The position numbers and the translations under genes were made by a program. This document shows, in pieces, positions 32,251 through 41,424 of a DNA stretch of 64,000 nucleotides. The notes beneath the pieces were generated by a model, which made no database searches, was not told the DNA's origin, and saw only the letters and a program-made list of their open reading frames with translations. The stretch spans positions 1,440,001 to 1,504,000 of the forward strand of contig OY970393.1 in NCBI GenBank assembly GCA_963720465.1, written 5' to 3'. The stretch comes from Methanobacteriota archaeon. Lineage in GTDB: Archaea; Halobacteriota; Bog-38; Methanoflorentales; Methanoflorentaceae. Within the stretch, counting starts at the first letter, position 1; every line of letters starts with the position of its first letter.

Positions 32251-32904
32251 CTAGATCTTTGCCATCACCGCGAAGATGCGATGCCTTTGGCGAAGTACAT
32301 TGTCGTACTGCTTTTTAGTGACCTTGTCGTCGAGCGTCAGAACCGCAAATCCTGCTGATCGAAGGAGCTCGTGCAGCTCAGACTGAGAAAAATAGTGATG
32401 TGGGACCCCCCCTCGAACAAAGGTATCCGTAGCTATCCGCTCGCCGCGGCCATAGCGCATATCAAGGTGTCCGGCAACTTCGACAAACGCTAGACCCTGA
32501 TGCCGCAAGACTCGAAACAGTTCACTGACGCCTTTCACTTGCCCAGCGAGTGTAAGATGTTGGAGTACCCCGTAGCAGGTGACAGCCTGGAAACTGCAAT
32601 CTGAGAATGGAAGCTGCTGGACATCGGCGACAACGCGCACGTATTGGGGACCGAGCAGCGCCAGCGCTTGCTGCGAAATGTCAGCCCCAACTGCTCTAAA
32701 GCCGCTTCTGGCAAGCGGCAAGAGATACCGCCCAGAACCGCAACCAACGTCGAGCACGTTAGCGCCTGGCGCGAGCCGCTGTATTACGGGAGAGAGATCA
32801 TATGGCCCTTTCCACAGGGCATGGTGCAAGGTATACTGCTCGTTCCAAGGCTTCGTTAAAGTTTCAAATGATGAACCTATCTCGTCTTTGGGCGTAAATA
32901 CCAC
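32251..32904 (-). CDS. Class I SAM-dependent methyltransferase
   Basis: VLDVGCGSG, GADIS, LPFSDCSF, RVLR. Start uncertain (GTG 32904). Confidence 0.85.
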   Translation of the reverse strand: MVFTPKDEIGSSFETLTKPWNEQYTLHHALWKGPYDLSPVIQRLAPGANVLDVGCGSGRYLLPLARSGFRAVGADISQQALALLGPQYVRVVADVQQLPFSDCSFQAVTCYGVLQHLTLAGQVKGVSELFRVLRHQGLAFVEVAGHLDMRYGRGERIATDTFVRGGVPHHYFSQSELHELLRSAGFAVLTLDDKVTKKQYDNVLRQRHRIFAVMAKI

Positions 32905-33035
32905 CGTCCCCCTAATTTCCAGTGGACCGACTCCACACACATAAAAACGTTCTTCAGAGCGCTATTTTTGATTTTTACCGCAACAGAAGGGATTTAGATT
33001 ACAAATATATAAGTGCTAATGCATTACCACTGTAG

Positions 33036-34349
33036 ATGCTTGCAGTTATGACGATCGCAGGATCGGACTCAGGCGGCGGAGCTGGCATTCAAGCAGACGC
33101 ACGCACTTTTGCTGCTCTCGGAGTGTTCGGAACCTCCATTGTGACGGCGATTACCGCACAAAACACGCTCGGCGTCCTTGACGTGTATAATCTGCCCGCT
33201 GAGCTCGTCGTTGCGCAAATGAGTGCGGTGCTCTCCGATATTGATATTCGATGCGTCAAGACGGGAATGCTCGCGACCGTCGAGATCGCAGAAGCGGTAG
33301 CTGATGTGCTTTCGCAGCATAAGGTTCCGATCGTGGTCGATCCGGTCATAGACGCCGAAGCGGGCGGGCGGTTGGTAATAGGGGAGCCTAGAGAGATCCT
33401 TGCGCGACTGCTGCCTGAAACGGCAGTCGTAACGCCAAACATACGAGAGGCAGAGGCCATTTCCGGGATCGCTATACACAATCTCGATGATATGAAGCGT
33501 GCCGCCTGCGAAATCTACACTCTCGGTCCTAAATCGGTTATTGTCACGGGAGGCCATTTGAGCGGGACCGACGTGCTGTATGATGGCAGTTTTCAGCTGC
33601 TTAGCGGCAAGCTGATTAAGGGGGGAACGCACGGGGCAGGATGCACCTTCTCGGCAGCTCTGGCCGTTTTCCTTGCTAAAGGGTACCCCGTAAAACAGAG
33701 TGCCGTAAAGGCAAAGACGTTCGTCACCGACGCCATAAGAAACAGCGAACGCGTAGGGTCTGGTCCCGGCGCTGTGAATCAGTTTGCAGCGTTGCTACAG
33801 AGGGCCGAGCGTTACCTGACGCTGCTCGACGTCGAGGCGGGGCTGCGCACCATTAAGGCTATAAACCTAAACCTTATACCTGAGGTCGGAAGCAACTTAG
33901 CGATGGCAATTTCGGGCGCAAATAACCTAGCAGACGTGGCTGCGGTCAAGGGACGAATCGTGAAAGTCGGAGACACTATCACGCCTATTGGCTGCGTGAC
34001 CTTTGGTGCAAGTCGTCACGTAGGAGGGGCCATACTAGCCGCATTGAACCACGACGCCGATATGAAAAGCGCGATGAACTTGCGGTACTCAGACGAGGTG
34101 ATTCGCGCGTGCCGCGAGCTTAACCTCGCAACAAAGTGCTTCGAGAGACGGCAGGAGCCTGACGCAACGGGTGCGATCGAGTGGAGCATTGCGCACGCTA
34201 TCGAGAGAAGCTTGACACAGGGCACGGGCATGCCTGACGTTATATACGACCGCGGGAGCGTGGGCAGGGAAGCTATGGTCCTCATTTTCGGCCACTCAGC
34301 GCAACGGGTGGCCGATACAGTTGTGAAGATCTCATCGGCACTGAGGTGA
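33036..34349 (+). CDS. thiDN: Bifunctional HMP/HMP-P kinase and ThiN thiamine-phosphate synthase
   Basis: AGSDSGGGAGIQAD, THGAGC, and ThiN motifs IPEVGSNL, GASRH, D.G..GRE. Confidence 0.92.
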   Translation: MLAVMTIAGSDSGGGAGIQADARTFAALGVFGTSIVTAITAQNTLGVLDVYNLPAELVVAQMSAVLSDIDIRCVKTGMLATVEIAEAVADVLSQHKVPIVVDPVIDAEAGGRLVIGEPREILARLLPETAVVTPNIREAEAISGIAIHNLDDMKRAACEIYTLGPKSVIVTGGHLSGTDVLYDGSFQLLSGKLIKGGTHGAGCTFSAALAVFLAKGYPVKQSAVKAKTFVTDAIRNSERVGSGPGAVNQFAALLQRAERYLTLLDVEAGLRTIKAINLNLIPEVGSNLAMAISGANNLADVAAVKGRIVKVGDTITPIGCVTFGASRHVGGAILAALNHDADMKSAMNLRYSDEVIRACRELNLATKCFERRQEPDATGAIEWSIAHAIERSLTQGTGMPDVIYDRGSVGREAMVLIFGHSAQRVADTVVKISSALR

Positions 34350-34394
34350 TCAAGTAACGCTTGTGGACTAAAAGAAGAGCACGGAGGTGGTTTC

Positions 34395-34595
34395 ACGGGA
34401 AGTATCAGACCGACATATATCAAAAGCATATCAGAAGAGCTGCTACGGGGACATCGGGAGATATTCAGCTCTGATTATGAGAAGAATAAGTTGCTCGTGT
34501 CGGAATACACGAACATCGAGAGCAAGAACATTAGGAACAGAGTTGCCGGATATATAACGCACAAGGTAGATATCGGCAACAGGGGAAAGTCATGA
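34395..34595 (+). CDS. rps17e: 30S ribosomal protein S17e (ACG at start position; missed by ORF track)
   Basis: GSIRPTYIKSISEELL...DYEKNK....SKNIRNRVAGYIT. GGAGGTG SD at 34383-34389. TGA overlaps the dapA ATG. Confidence 0.92.
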   Translation, partial: TGSIRPTYIKSISEELLRGHREIFSSDYEKNKLLVSEYTNIESKNIRNRVAGYITHKVDIGNRGKS

Positions 34596-35467
34596 GATTC
34601 AAGGGCGTGTACCCTGCAATGGTCACGCCATTTACGGACGAAGAAGAAATCGACGTAGAGGGGATGCGCTCTAACATCGCCTATCTTGAGAAGGGGGGCG
34701 TTGCAGGGCTCGTGCCTTGCGGCAGTACTGGTGAATCCGCGACGCTATCATTTGACGAGCACAAGAAACTGGTTGAACTCACTGTAGACGCCGCGAGCGT
34801 GCCCGTTATCGCAGGGACAGGATCAAACAACACTGCAGAGGCAGTCGAGCTGACCCGGTATGCGCAAGATGCCGGCGCTGATGCGGCCCTGTTGATCGTC
34901 CCTTACTACAACAAACCGATGAAAAGTGGACTGATTAAGCACTTTAGCGCTATTGCACAGGCGTGTGAGATCCCCCTCATCTTGTACAACATTCCAGGAC
35001 GTACCGGCATCAACATGGATCCGGAAACGATCAGCACTATGGCACACGAGTACAGTAACGTTGCGGGCGTGAAGGAAGCAAGCGCGAACTTCACCCAGAT
35101 TTCAAATATCATTGAGATCACCCGCGGCCTTGAATTTTCCGTTCTTTCGGGAGACGACGGATTGACCCTTCCTATGATGGCCCTCGGGGCGACCGGAGTC
35201 ATCTCAGTCACAGCAGATATCCTTCCGAAGCAAATGGGGCAACTCACACAATCATGCCTGGAGGGCAACTTTGCGAAAGCGCGCGACGTCCATTATCGAC
35301 TTGCCCCTCTTTTCAAGGCGCTGTTCATCGAGACGAACCCCATTCCCGTCAAAAAGGCGTGTGACTTGCTCGGGCTTGCGGGCGGGCCGCTCAGATTGCC
35401 CCTAACCACGATGGCAGAGCCAAACGTCGTCAAACTAAGGGAGACGCTTGCGGCCTACGCAGATTAA
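34592..35467 (+). CDS. dapA: 4-hydroxy-tetrahydrodipicolinate synthase
   Basis: GSTGES, PYYNKP, LYNIPGRT, GVKEAS, ETNPIPVK. Confidence 0.95.
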   Translation: MRFKGVYPAMVTPFTDEEEIDVEGMRSNIAYLEKGGVAGLVPCGSTGESATLSFDEHKKLVELTVDAASVPVIAGTGSNNTAEAVELTRYAQDAGADAALLIVPYYNKPMKSGLIKHFSAIAQACEIPLILYNIPGRTGINMDPETISTMAHEYSNVAGVKEASANFTQISNIIEITRGLEFSVLSGDDGLTLPMMALGATGVISVTADILPKQMGQLTQSCLEGNFAKARDVHYRLAPLFKALFIETNPIPVKKACDLLGLAGGPLRLPLTTMAEPNVVKLRETLAAYAD

Positions 35468-35499
35468 ATGCGAGACGCATTCATAGATGGCAGAGCGGC

Positions 35500-36240
35500 A
35501 TGACAACAAACGACAAGATAGCGGTTGCAGTGACAGGTGCGTGCGGCCGAATGGGGCGGATGATCATTGACAACGTGGCGCAAGCTTCGGATATGGTGGT
35601 TGTCGCAGCGTTTGACAGACAGATTTGCGACCCTAGCGTGACGGACGCGGCTAAGCTTGCCGACACGCTCAAAACCGTTAAGCCTGACGTCTTGGTTGAC
35701 TTTACGGTCGCTGCCTCATCGGTCGAGATTATCAAAGCTGCCGCACGCGCAGGAGTGAGACTCGTCGTAGGAACTACTGGATTCACCGCAGAACAACGTG
35801 CAGAAGCGAAAGAAGCGGTCGAAGGCCAAGTCGCGGCGATAATTTCGCCTAATTTTTCGATCGGCGTCAACGTCTTTTTTCAGTTGATAAAAACGGCATC
35901 AGAGAGCCTTCCGAGCGCGGCGTACGCTGCTGAGCTTATAGAGGCCCACCATAAGCACAAGATTGATGCGCCGAGCGGAACGGCGGTCAAAGCGATTGAT
36001 ATCATTAAAAGTGTTGATCGTTCGCGTTCGATTGGATCGTACTCCATACGCGCAGGGGATATCGTCGGCGATCACTCCGTATTGTTTATTGGCGACGGTG
36101 AGCGGTTGGAGATTACCCATAGGGCCCACAGCAGACAGGCATTTGCCAGTGGCGCGATGCTGGCTATACGCTTTGTAGTAAGGCAGCCGCCTGGAGTATA
36201 TTCAATGGACGATTTGATGGCCTCTATGAGTGTGAGTTAA
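35500..36240 (+). CDS. dapB: 4-hydroxy-tetrahydrodipicolinate reductase
   Basis: GACGRMG, GTTG, EAHHKHKIDAPSGTA, GDH. Confidence 0.95.
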   Translation: MTTNDKIAVAVTGACGRMGRMIIDNVAQASDMVVVAAFDRQICDPSVTDAAKLADTLKTVKPDVLVDFTVAASSVEIIKAAARAGVRLVVGTTGFTAEQRAEAKEAVEGQVAAIISPNFSIGVNVFFQLIKTASESLPSAAYAAELIEAHHKHKIDAPSGTAVKAIDIIKSVDRSRSIGSYSIRAGDIVGDHSVLFIGDGERLEITHRAHSRQAFASGAMLAIRFVVRQPPGVYSMDDLMASMSVS

Positions 36241-36405
36241 CACTCAGCGCGAGCTGCCAGAAGGGGCACACCGCGACAACGTCCCGTTACTTTCATTCGT
36301 GGTTTTAGTTACGCTCATCTGCGAAACCGCGGAATGGCAACCACGTTCTATTCTTAGGAACAGACGAAGCGGCGGTCAGCTGGACCACGTCGAAATCAGC
36401 CGGAA

Positions 36406-37977
36406 TTAGTGCCCGTTATTTTCCAGGAAATTAACAAATGTCGTCTCCATCGACCCAAGATTACACACCGGCATGATCCCTGGTCTCGGATTGATGTTTT
36501 GCGATCTTTGGTAACTCGTTTGACCTTGCCACGCACCTGAGTTGACCACCGTGACTCCCCTGTAGTGCGACGCGCCTATGGTGTGTACGTGCCCGCAATG
36601 AAGAATGTCGGGTATGCTGTCTATGATAAAGTGATCGGTGCTCTCGGGGGCTATAGAAACCCTATTCCCATATACTGGGGAAAGATGTCGTCTTTTAAGC
36701 ATCTCCCTCATCGCGCCATCCGGATTTCCATACGAGCAACCGGGAATCGCGGCGATGATATCATCCAGAGCCCTGCCGTGATATATGAGTATCTTTACAT
36801 CGCATAGCTCAATCAACGAGGGGTTTCCGATACACATAACGTTGTTACTGAAGCTTTTTGCATAATCGCTTGAAAGCGCAGGCTGCGGCTCTGCCTGACG
36901 TACCGCATCGTGGTTTCCAGGTGCGACTATGATGGAGATGTTCGACGGCAGCATTTCAAACAGGGACGCTGCAGCAGCATATTGGTCGTCGATATCGTCG
37001 ATAGCTAACTCGTTCTCTTGATTTGGAAACACCCCGATGCCGTCAACGACGTCACCGGCCACGATCACGTGCGCAATTTTTCGGGCTCTATCGTCTTCGC
37101 TCGACGCTACCCACTCAGCAAAATCCTTCCACGCGCGTGTTAAGAAGGTCTTGCTGCCAATGTGGATGTCTGAGGTCAGCGCTACGTGTACGTCGTTTTC
37201 CGCGTGCGTAGGCTGGTGTTGCGGAGGAATGTCGGGCCACGTGATGCTGTCGATAAAGAGTACTTTTCCGTCCGACGAGAGAGACCCAGTGATGCCAACC
37301 ACCTCGTCCAGTACGACTTGCAGAGCAGCGTCATAGGCAGCTTTGTCTTTTAACGCAATACCGCTGAAGTATCCTGTAGGGTCCTCAAGCTCGAGCACTC
37401 GATGGCCATTTGGCGTGTCGCGCGTCTCGTTCACCATGCCGATGATGGAGATTTTTCCACCGGTCCCGCGCTCATCGTCGAACCACCCTTCGCGCCTTGG
37501 GTTCCAGTAGGTCAAGCTCTCTATGGGTCGGGAGTTCAGCCGTTTCCGTATGATTTCACTGAGGCGATCGTACCTATTTCTGAAATAACGCACGAATTCC
37601 TCGTATGTGCCAACACACGTGGAACTCTCAGTGATGTCCGCCAGAACTGCTATCGGCTGTGGCTTCCGACAAGGTTCGACATGCCCTCTTGCTACGTCCG
37701 TCTCGCCTACTTCGGTCGTTGCCAGTACGTCTGCGGATTCATCCTCGGTTTGAGTAAGAAAAGCTGACGACCTTACAACTTTTTTCTGAGAGTTCTGCAA
37801 TTCTTTTGCCGCCGTGACGTGAAGCTGGCCGATGACGACCACAGATTCATCAACGTGTTTCAGAATCTCATTGACTAGGTCTAAGGGCATATCAGTCTCT
37901 TGAATCGTCACCACCGCTTCTTGCGTGATGAGGAAGCCGCTTTCAGTGAACTTTTGAATTATGTCGGTTCGAATCAT
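36406..37977 (-). CDS. DNA polymerase D small subunit (DP1)
   Basis: YFRNRY, LEDPTG, SDIHIGS, AGDVVDG, PGNHD, YHGR, GHVH phosphoesterase motifs. Confidence 0.95.
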   Translation of the reverse strand: MIRTDIIQKFTESGFLITQEAVVTIQETDMPLDLVNEILKHVDESVVVIGQLHVTAAKELQNSQKKVVRSSAFLTQTEDESADVLATTEVGETDVARGHVEPCRKPQPIAVLADITESSTCVGTYEEFVRYFRNRYDRLSEIIRKRLNSRPIESLTYWNPRREGWFDDERGTGGKISIIGMVNETRDTPNGHRVLELEDPTGYFSGIALKDKAAYDAALQVVLDEVVGITGSLSSDGKVLFIDSITWPDIPPQHQPTHAENDVHVALTSDIHIGSKTFLTRAWKDFAEWVASSEDDRARKIAHVIVAGDVVDGIGVFPNQENELAIDDIDDQYAAAASLFEMLPSNISIIVAPGNHDAVRQAEPQPALSSDYAKSFSNNVMCIGNPSLIELCDVKILIYHGRALDDIIAAIPGCSYGNPDGAMREMLKRRHLSPVYGNRVSIAPESTDHFIIDSIPDILHCGHVHTIGASHYRGVTVVNSGAWQGQTSYQRSQNINPRPGIMPVCNLGSMETTFVNFLENNGH

Positions 37978-38207
37978 GGCGGTGTGTGATTTATGGGACC
38001 TTTACGCAAGTTGTGAACGAACACGACCGTGGCGAAATCCGTCCTCCTGCTTGTGGCGCCGGACGTTGCACGCCTAAGTGTTGAGGCGAATCGCCTAACT
38101 AGCACCAGCCTCTAAATGCGTTTCGGCAGATTATATAAAGCATCATGACTATCGTCATTACGTCAGCCAGCTTAGTACCACATTTTACACGTGTTTGGCA
38201 GAAATAC

Positions 38208-38909
38208 ATGCAGGATCAAACCAGAGAACGTGCAAAGAGATTCTGGAAGACTGACAATTACTGGTTAGCGCTTCTACGAGATATATTAGTAGCGTTGCTC
38301 GTTGTCGCCATTATAATATCGCTCGTTTACGCGTACTCAGGGACCGTCACTCCCCTGGTGGCCGTGGAATCGGGCAGCATGGAGCCCCACATAAATATTG
38401 GCGACCTCGTGCTCGTTACCAGACCGACGAACATCATCACGCACGAACAAGGTCAGGCCATTAACTACAAGAGCTTTGGCGAATACGGCGATGTTATCGT
38501 CTACTACCCTAACGGTGACCATAGCGCGACGCCAATTATACACCGGGCGATGTATTGGGTAAACGCAGGTGACCGGCTGCCAAACAACCAAACAGCGGCT
38601 AACGCAGGATACATCACCAAGGGCGACGCTAATACAGAGTATGACCAACCATTGCTTTTAGGTGGCGCACCACCACTGGAGCCAGTGAAGCCTGAATGGA
38701 TCATCGGCAAAGCAACGTTCTCGGTGCCCGAGCTTGGACAACTCCGACTTGCCCTCCCTCTCATCGTCCCCCCTCCGCTGACCGTTTCTGACGTATGCCG
38801 CGACCAGCAGATCGTTAGCTGGATCGATAGTCCGTCAGCGCGCCTCAGCTTATGGCCAGCCGACATGGGCTTCGCGACAGGCGCACAACTCTCGCTGAGG
38901 CCTTTTTAG
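38208..38909 (+). CDS. sec11: Signal peptidase I (S26/Sec11 type)
   Basis: VESGSMEP, PIIHRA, ITKGDAN, WIIGKA. The C-terminal ~50 aa look like an extension. Confidence 0.88.
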   Translation: MQDQTRERAKRFWKTDNYWLALLRDILVALLVVAIIISLVYAYSGTVTPLVAVESGSMEPHINIGDLVLVTRPTNIITHEQGQAINYKSFGEYGDVIVYYPNGDHSATPIIHRAMYWVNAGDRLPNNQTAANAGYITKGDANTEYDQPLLLGGAPPLEPVKPEWIIGKATFSVPELGQLRLALPLIVPPPLTVSDVCRDQQIVSWIDSPSARLSLWPADMGFATGAQLSLRPF

Positions 38910-38956
38910 CCACAATTAGATACGTTTATATCGTACACTTCGACATAAGCTCGGCT

Positions 38957-40177
38957 ATGCCGCCATTTCTTACGATTGATGATCTCGATACGCACGGGCG
39001 AGTGGTTCTTGTACGCGTTGACTTGAATTCCCCAATCGGCCCCAACGGAGAGATTCTAGATGATGTACGTTTTCGCGGCCACGTCCCGACTATTGCAGCT
39101 TTAGAAGATGCCAAAACCGTGCTGCTCGCACATCAGTCACGGCCCGGAAAGCGAGATTTCACCACAATGGAGCGGCACGCCGAAAAGCTCTCCTCGCTCA
39201 TTGGAAAGGACGTAACGTATGTCGACGATATCTACGGGCATAATGTGAGACAATCCGTGAAAGAAATGGCGATCGGAGACGTGGTGCTCCTCGAAAACGT
39301 CCGGTTTAGCTCCGAAGAGATGCTCAAAGCTCCGGTCGAAGATCTGACCAAAACACATCTCGTCACGCAATTATCGCTCCTATGCGATCTTTACCTTGAT
39401 GATGCATTTGGAACGGCCCACCGCGCCCAAACGTCAATCGTGGCTTTTCCGCGCGCTTTAACGTCAGGCGCTGGCAAGCTGATGGAACGAGAGGTGGACA
39501 TGCTGACAAAGGCGCTTACCACTTCCCAGCGGCCGCGATTGTTCATGCTTGGGGGCACGAAAGCAGACGATAGCATCAAAGTTATCGAGCACGTTCTTTC
39601 AAAAGCCAGCGCGGACAAGGTGCTCGTCACGGGGCTAGTAGCAAACATTTTTTTGGCGGCATCAGGAGTCGACATAGGACCCCCAAGCCTCGATTACATA
39701 AAGTCGTCTGGATACGGAAACTATCTCGAAATATGCAAGAGATTGCTTGACAAGTTCGATGGCAAAATTGTAACCCCTCTTGATGTCGCACTAAATGATA
39801 AAGGCAAGCGTCTTGAGACGCCAATTTCAGCGTTACCAAAGGTTTATCCTATAGACGATATCGGCATCGAGACGATTGTAGCGTATTCAGCTGAGCTCAA
39901 AGCTGCGGGAACCGTGGTAATAAATGGGCCTGCTGGTGTCTTCGAACGAAAAGCATTTGCACTTGGGACCAATGAAACATTAAAAGCGGCGGCTCAAGCA
40001 AAATTTTCGATTTTAGGAGGGGGGCACATTGCCGCCGCAGCACGGAACATTGGCATTGACAAACACATTACGCACGTGTCGACCGGAGGTAAAGCTTGTA
40101 TAGATTTCTTGGCCGGTGACATCTTGCCTGGAATCCAGGCGCTTATCGACGCAAAAGACCTCCAAGAGGCATCTTAG
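38957..40177 (+). CDS. pgk: Phosphoglycerate kinase
   Basis: RVDLNSP, AHQSRPG, LLENVRF, DAFGTAHR, GPAGVFE, STGG. Confidence 0.95.
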   Translation: MPPFLTIDDLDTHGRVVLVRVDLNSPIGPNGEILDDVRFRGHVPTIAALEDAKTVLLAHQSRPGKRDFTTMERHAEKLSSLIGKDVTYVDDIYGHNVRQSVKEMAIGDVVLLENVRFSSEEMLKAPVEDLTKTHLVTQLSLLCDLYLDDAFGTAHRAQTSIVAFPRALTSGAGKLMEREVDMLTKALTTSQRPRLFMLGGTKADDSIKVIEHVLSKASADKVLVTGLVANIFLAASGVDIGPPSLDYIKSSGYGNYLEICKRLLDKFDGKIVTPLDVALNDKGKRLETPISALPKVYPIDDIGIETIVAYSAELKAAGTVVINGPAGVFERKAFALGTNETLKAAAQAKFSILGGGHIAAAARNIGIDKHITHVSTGGKACIDFLAGDILPGIQALIDAKDLQEAS

Positions 40178-40261
40178 CGTCCGTTACTCAGCCCGTTCCT
40201 TCAGGGTCGCGCACTAAAAACGTATAAGTAGCGGGGAGCATACATAAAAACGCTTTTATGC

Positions 40262-40398
40262 GCCTCGGTGGCTCAGCCTGGAAGAGCGATTGACTTGTAA
40301 CTGGGACGCAACGCCGCGCCTGATGCATCGATGTGTGGGAGCACATACATGCCGAGCAAGTTATCAATAGGTCGGGGGTTCAAATCCCTCCCGAGGCT
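40262..40398 (+). tRNA. tRNA-Thr(UGU) with a 63-nt intron at 37/38 (40300-40362)
   Basis: Acceptor GCCTCGG/CCGAGGC, anticodon stem ATTGA/TCAAT, loop CT-TGT-A, T-loop GTTCAAATC, BHB helix CTTG/CAAG with TAA and TTA bulges. Confidence 0.92.
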
Positions 40399-40510
40399 TT
40401 TTTCCTTCGGCGCTGAGTGAAGGAAGCACCGGAAGATTCACATTCGAAACCCACGGCGTGCGTACGTGCGTCCGCGATTCGCTGAGAGACGTCCAAGGTG
40501 ATGCAAAAAA

Positions 40511-41158
40511 ATGATGTCTATAACAACGCTGACTCTCCCCGAGGCGTGGTACAAAGCAATCAGGCACATCATGGAATTTGGCAACGTCGTCGACACGGAG
40601 TACGGGCTTAAAGCACGCCAGATTCTCATGGGGATGATCGAAATCGACAAGCCTAGTTTTGGCTGGCATAAAGGTGACGCGTTTTGTACAAAAGCACGAG
40701 TGGAAGAGTACAAAAAGCAGTTCGATCGCGCCTACCTGCATCAGCACCACTTTGAGTACACTTATCTAGAACGACTGGTTGAAGGCCACGGAATCGATCA
40801 GCTGGCCTGGATCCAGGAGCAGCTTTTGAAGAAACGGGTTGGATCCAAGCGCATTCAGGCAATCACGTGGATTCCTCAAATTGATTGTCTTAAAGAGGAA
40901 GACCAACCTTGTTTTCAACGAATTTGGGTGTACCTCCATCCTAATGACAGGCTTGACGTCCATATCATGTATCGCAGCTGGGACGTTTTTCAAGCGTACG
41001 AAGCTAACATTAATGCGTTTCTTTCTTTAATCAAGAAAGAGCTGTTGGAGCCGACAGGATTGAAGTTGGGGACTTTGTGCACGGTTGGCAATTCAATGCA
41101 TATTTATGATTACAACTGGGACGAAGCTCACGCAGTGCTTAACAAGTACAAGAAATAG
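40511..41158 (+). CDS. thyA: Archaeal thymidylate synthase (ThyA-like)
   Basis: FEYTY.ERL, IDQL, QPC, YRSWD...A...N, SMHIY. Confidence 0.8.
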   Translation: MMSITTLTLPEAWYKAIRHIMEFGNVVDTEYGLKARQILMGMIEIDKPSFGWHKGDAFCTKARVEEYKKQFDRAYLHQHHFEYTYLERLVEGHGIDQLAWIQEQLLKKRVGSKRIQAITWIPQIDCLKEEDQPCFQRIWVYLHPNDRLDVHIMYRSWDVFQAYEANINAFLSLIKKELLEPTGLKLGTLCTVGNSMHIYDYNWDEAHAVLNKYKK

Positions 41159-41160
41159 CG

Positions 41161-41320
41161 AGCTATATCATTAAAATTTGACAAAGATCAAATTTTTTTT
41201 ATCTGAAGACTCGAATTCATTGAAACGAAGTAATATTATTTATTTAACAAATATTTTTTTAAATTTTCAAAAAAAAATATGATGAAAAAAGCAATTTTTT
41301 AACCATAAGACTATAACTAA
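41161..41320. promoter_or_regulatory. Very AT-rich tract with two inverted repeats upstream of thiC
   Basis: AAAATTTGA-N6-TCAAATTTT (41173-41196) and ATATTTTTTT-N10-AAAAAAATAT (41251-41280). Confidence 0.45.
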
Positions 41321-41424
41321 GGACAAGCAACCGAACGTTTTAAGCGAAAGAAATCTGTAATCGACACTTAACGGATTGTCCGTCGCCACTGCCATCGCCT
41401 GACCGAAAGAACACATGGTGAATC

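Noticed and set aside
32854-32856. Second ACG start for the methyltransferase (ACG AAG CCT TGG)
   Set aside because: An in-frame GTG at 32904 with an AGGGGG upstream gives a canonical start.
36241-38207. Replication origin or cdc6 next to DP1 and sec11
   Set aside because: No cdc6 ORF, ORB cluster or AT-rich unwinding element in these short intergenic regions.
40400-40460. Hammerhead ribozyme (CTGAGTGA...GAAAC)
   Set aside because: Does not fit CUGANGA, and the required stems are absent.
40399-41160. Integrative element at tRNA-Thr or tRNA-Arg
   Set aside because: No integrase and no duplicated tRNA 3' end were seen. Flanking genes are housekeeping.
41330-41424. TPP riboswitch upstream of thiC (also checked upstream of thiDN)
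   Set aside because: No CTGAGA...CCTGA core in these leaders. The CTGAGA near 40482 lacks the rest of the motif.
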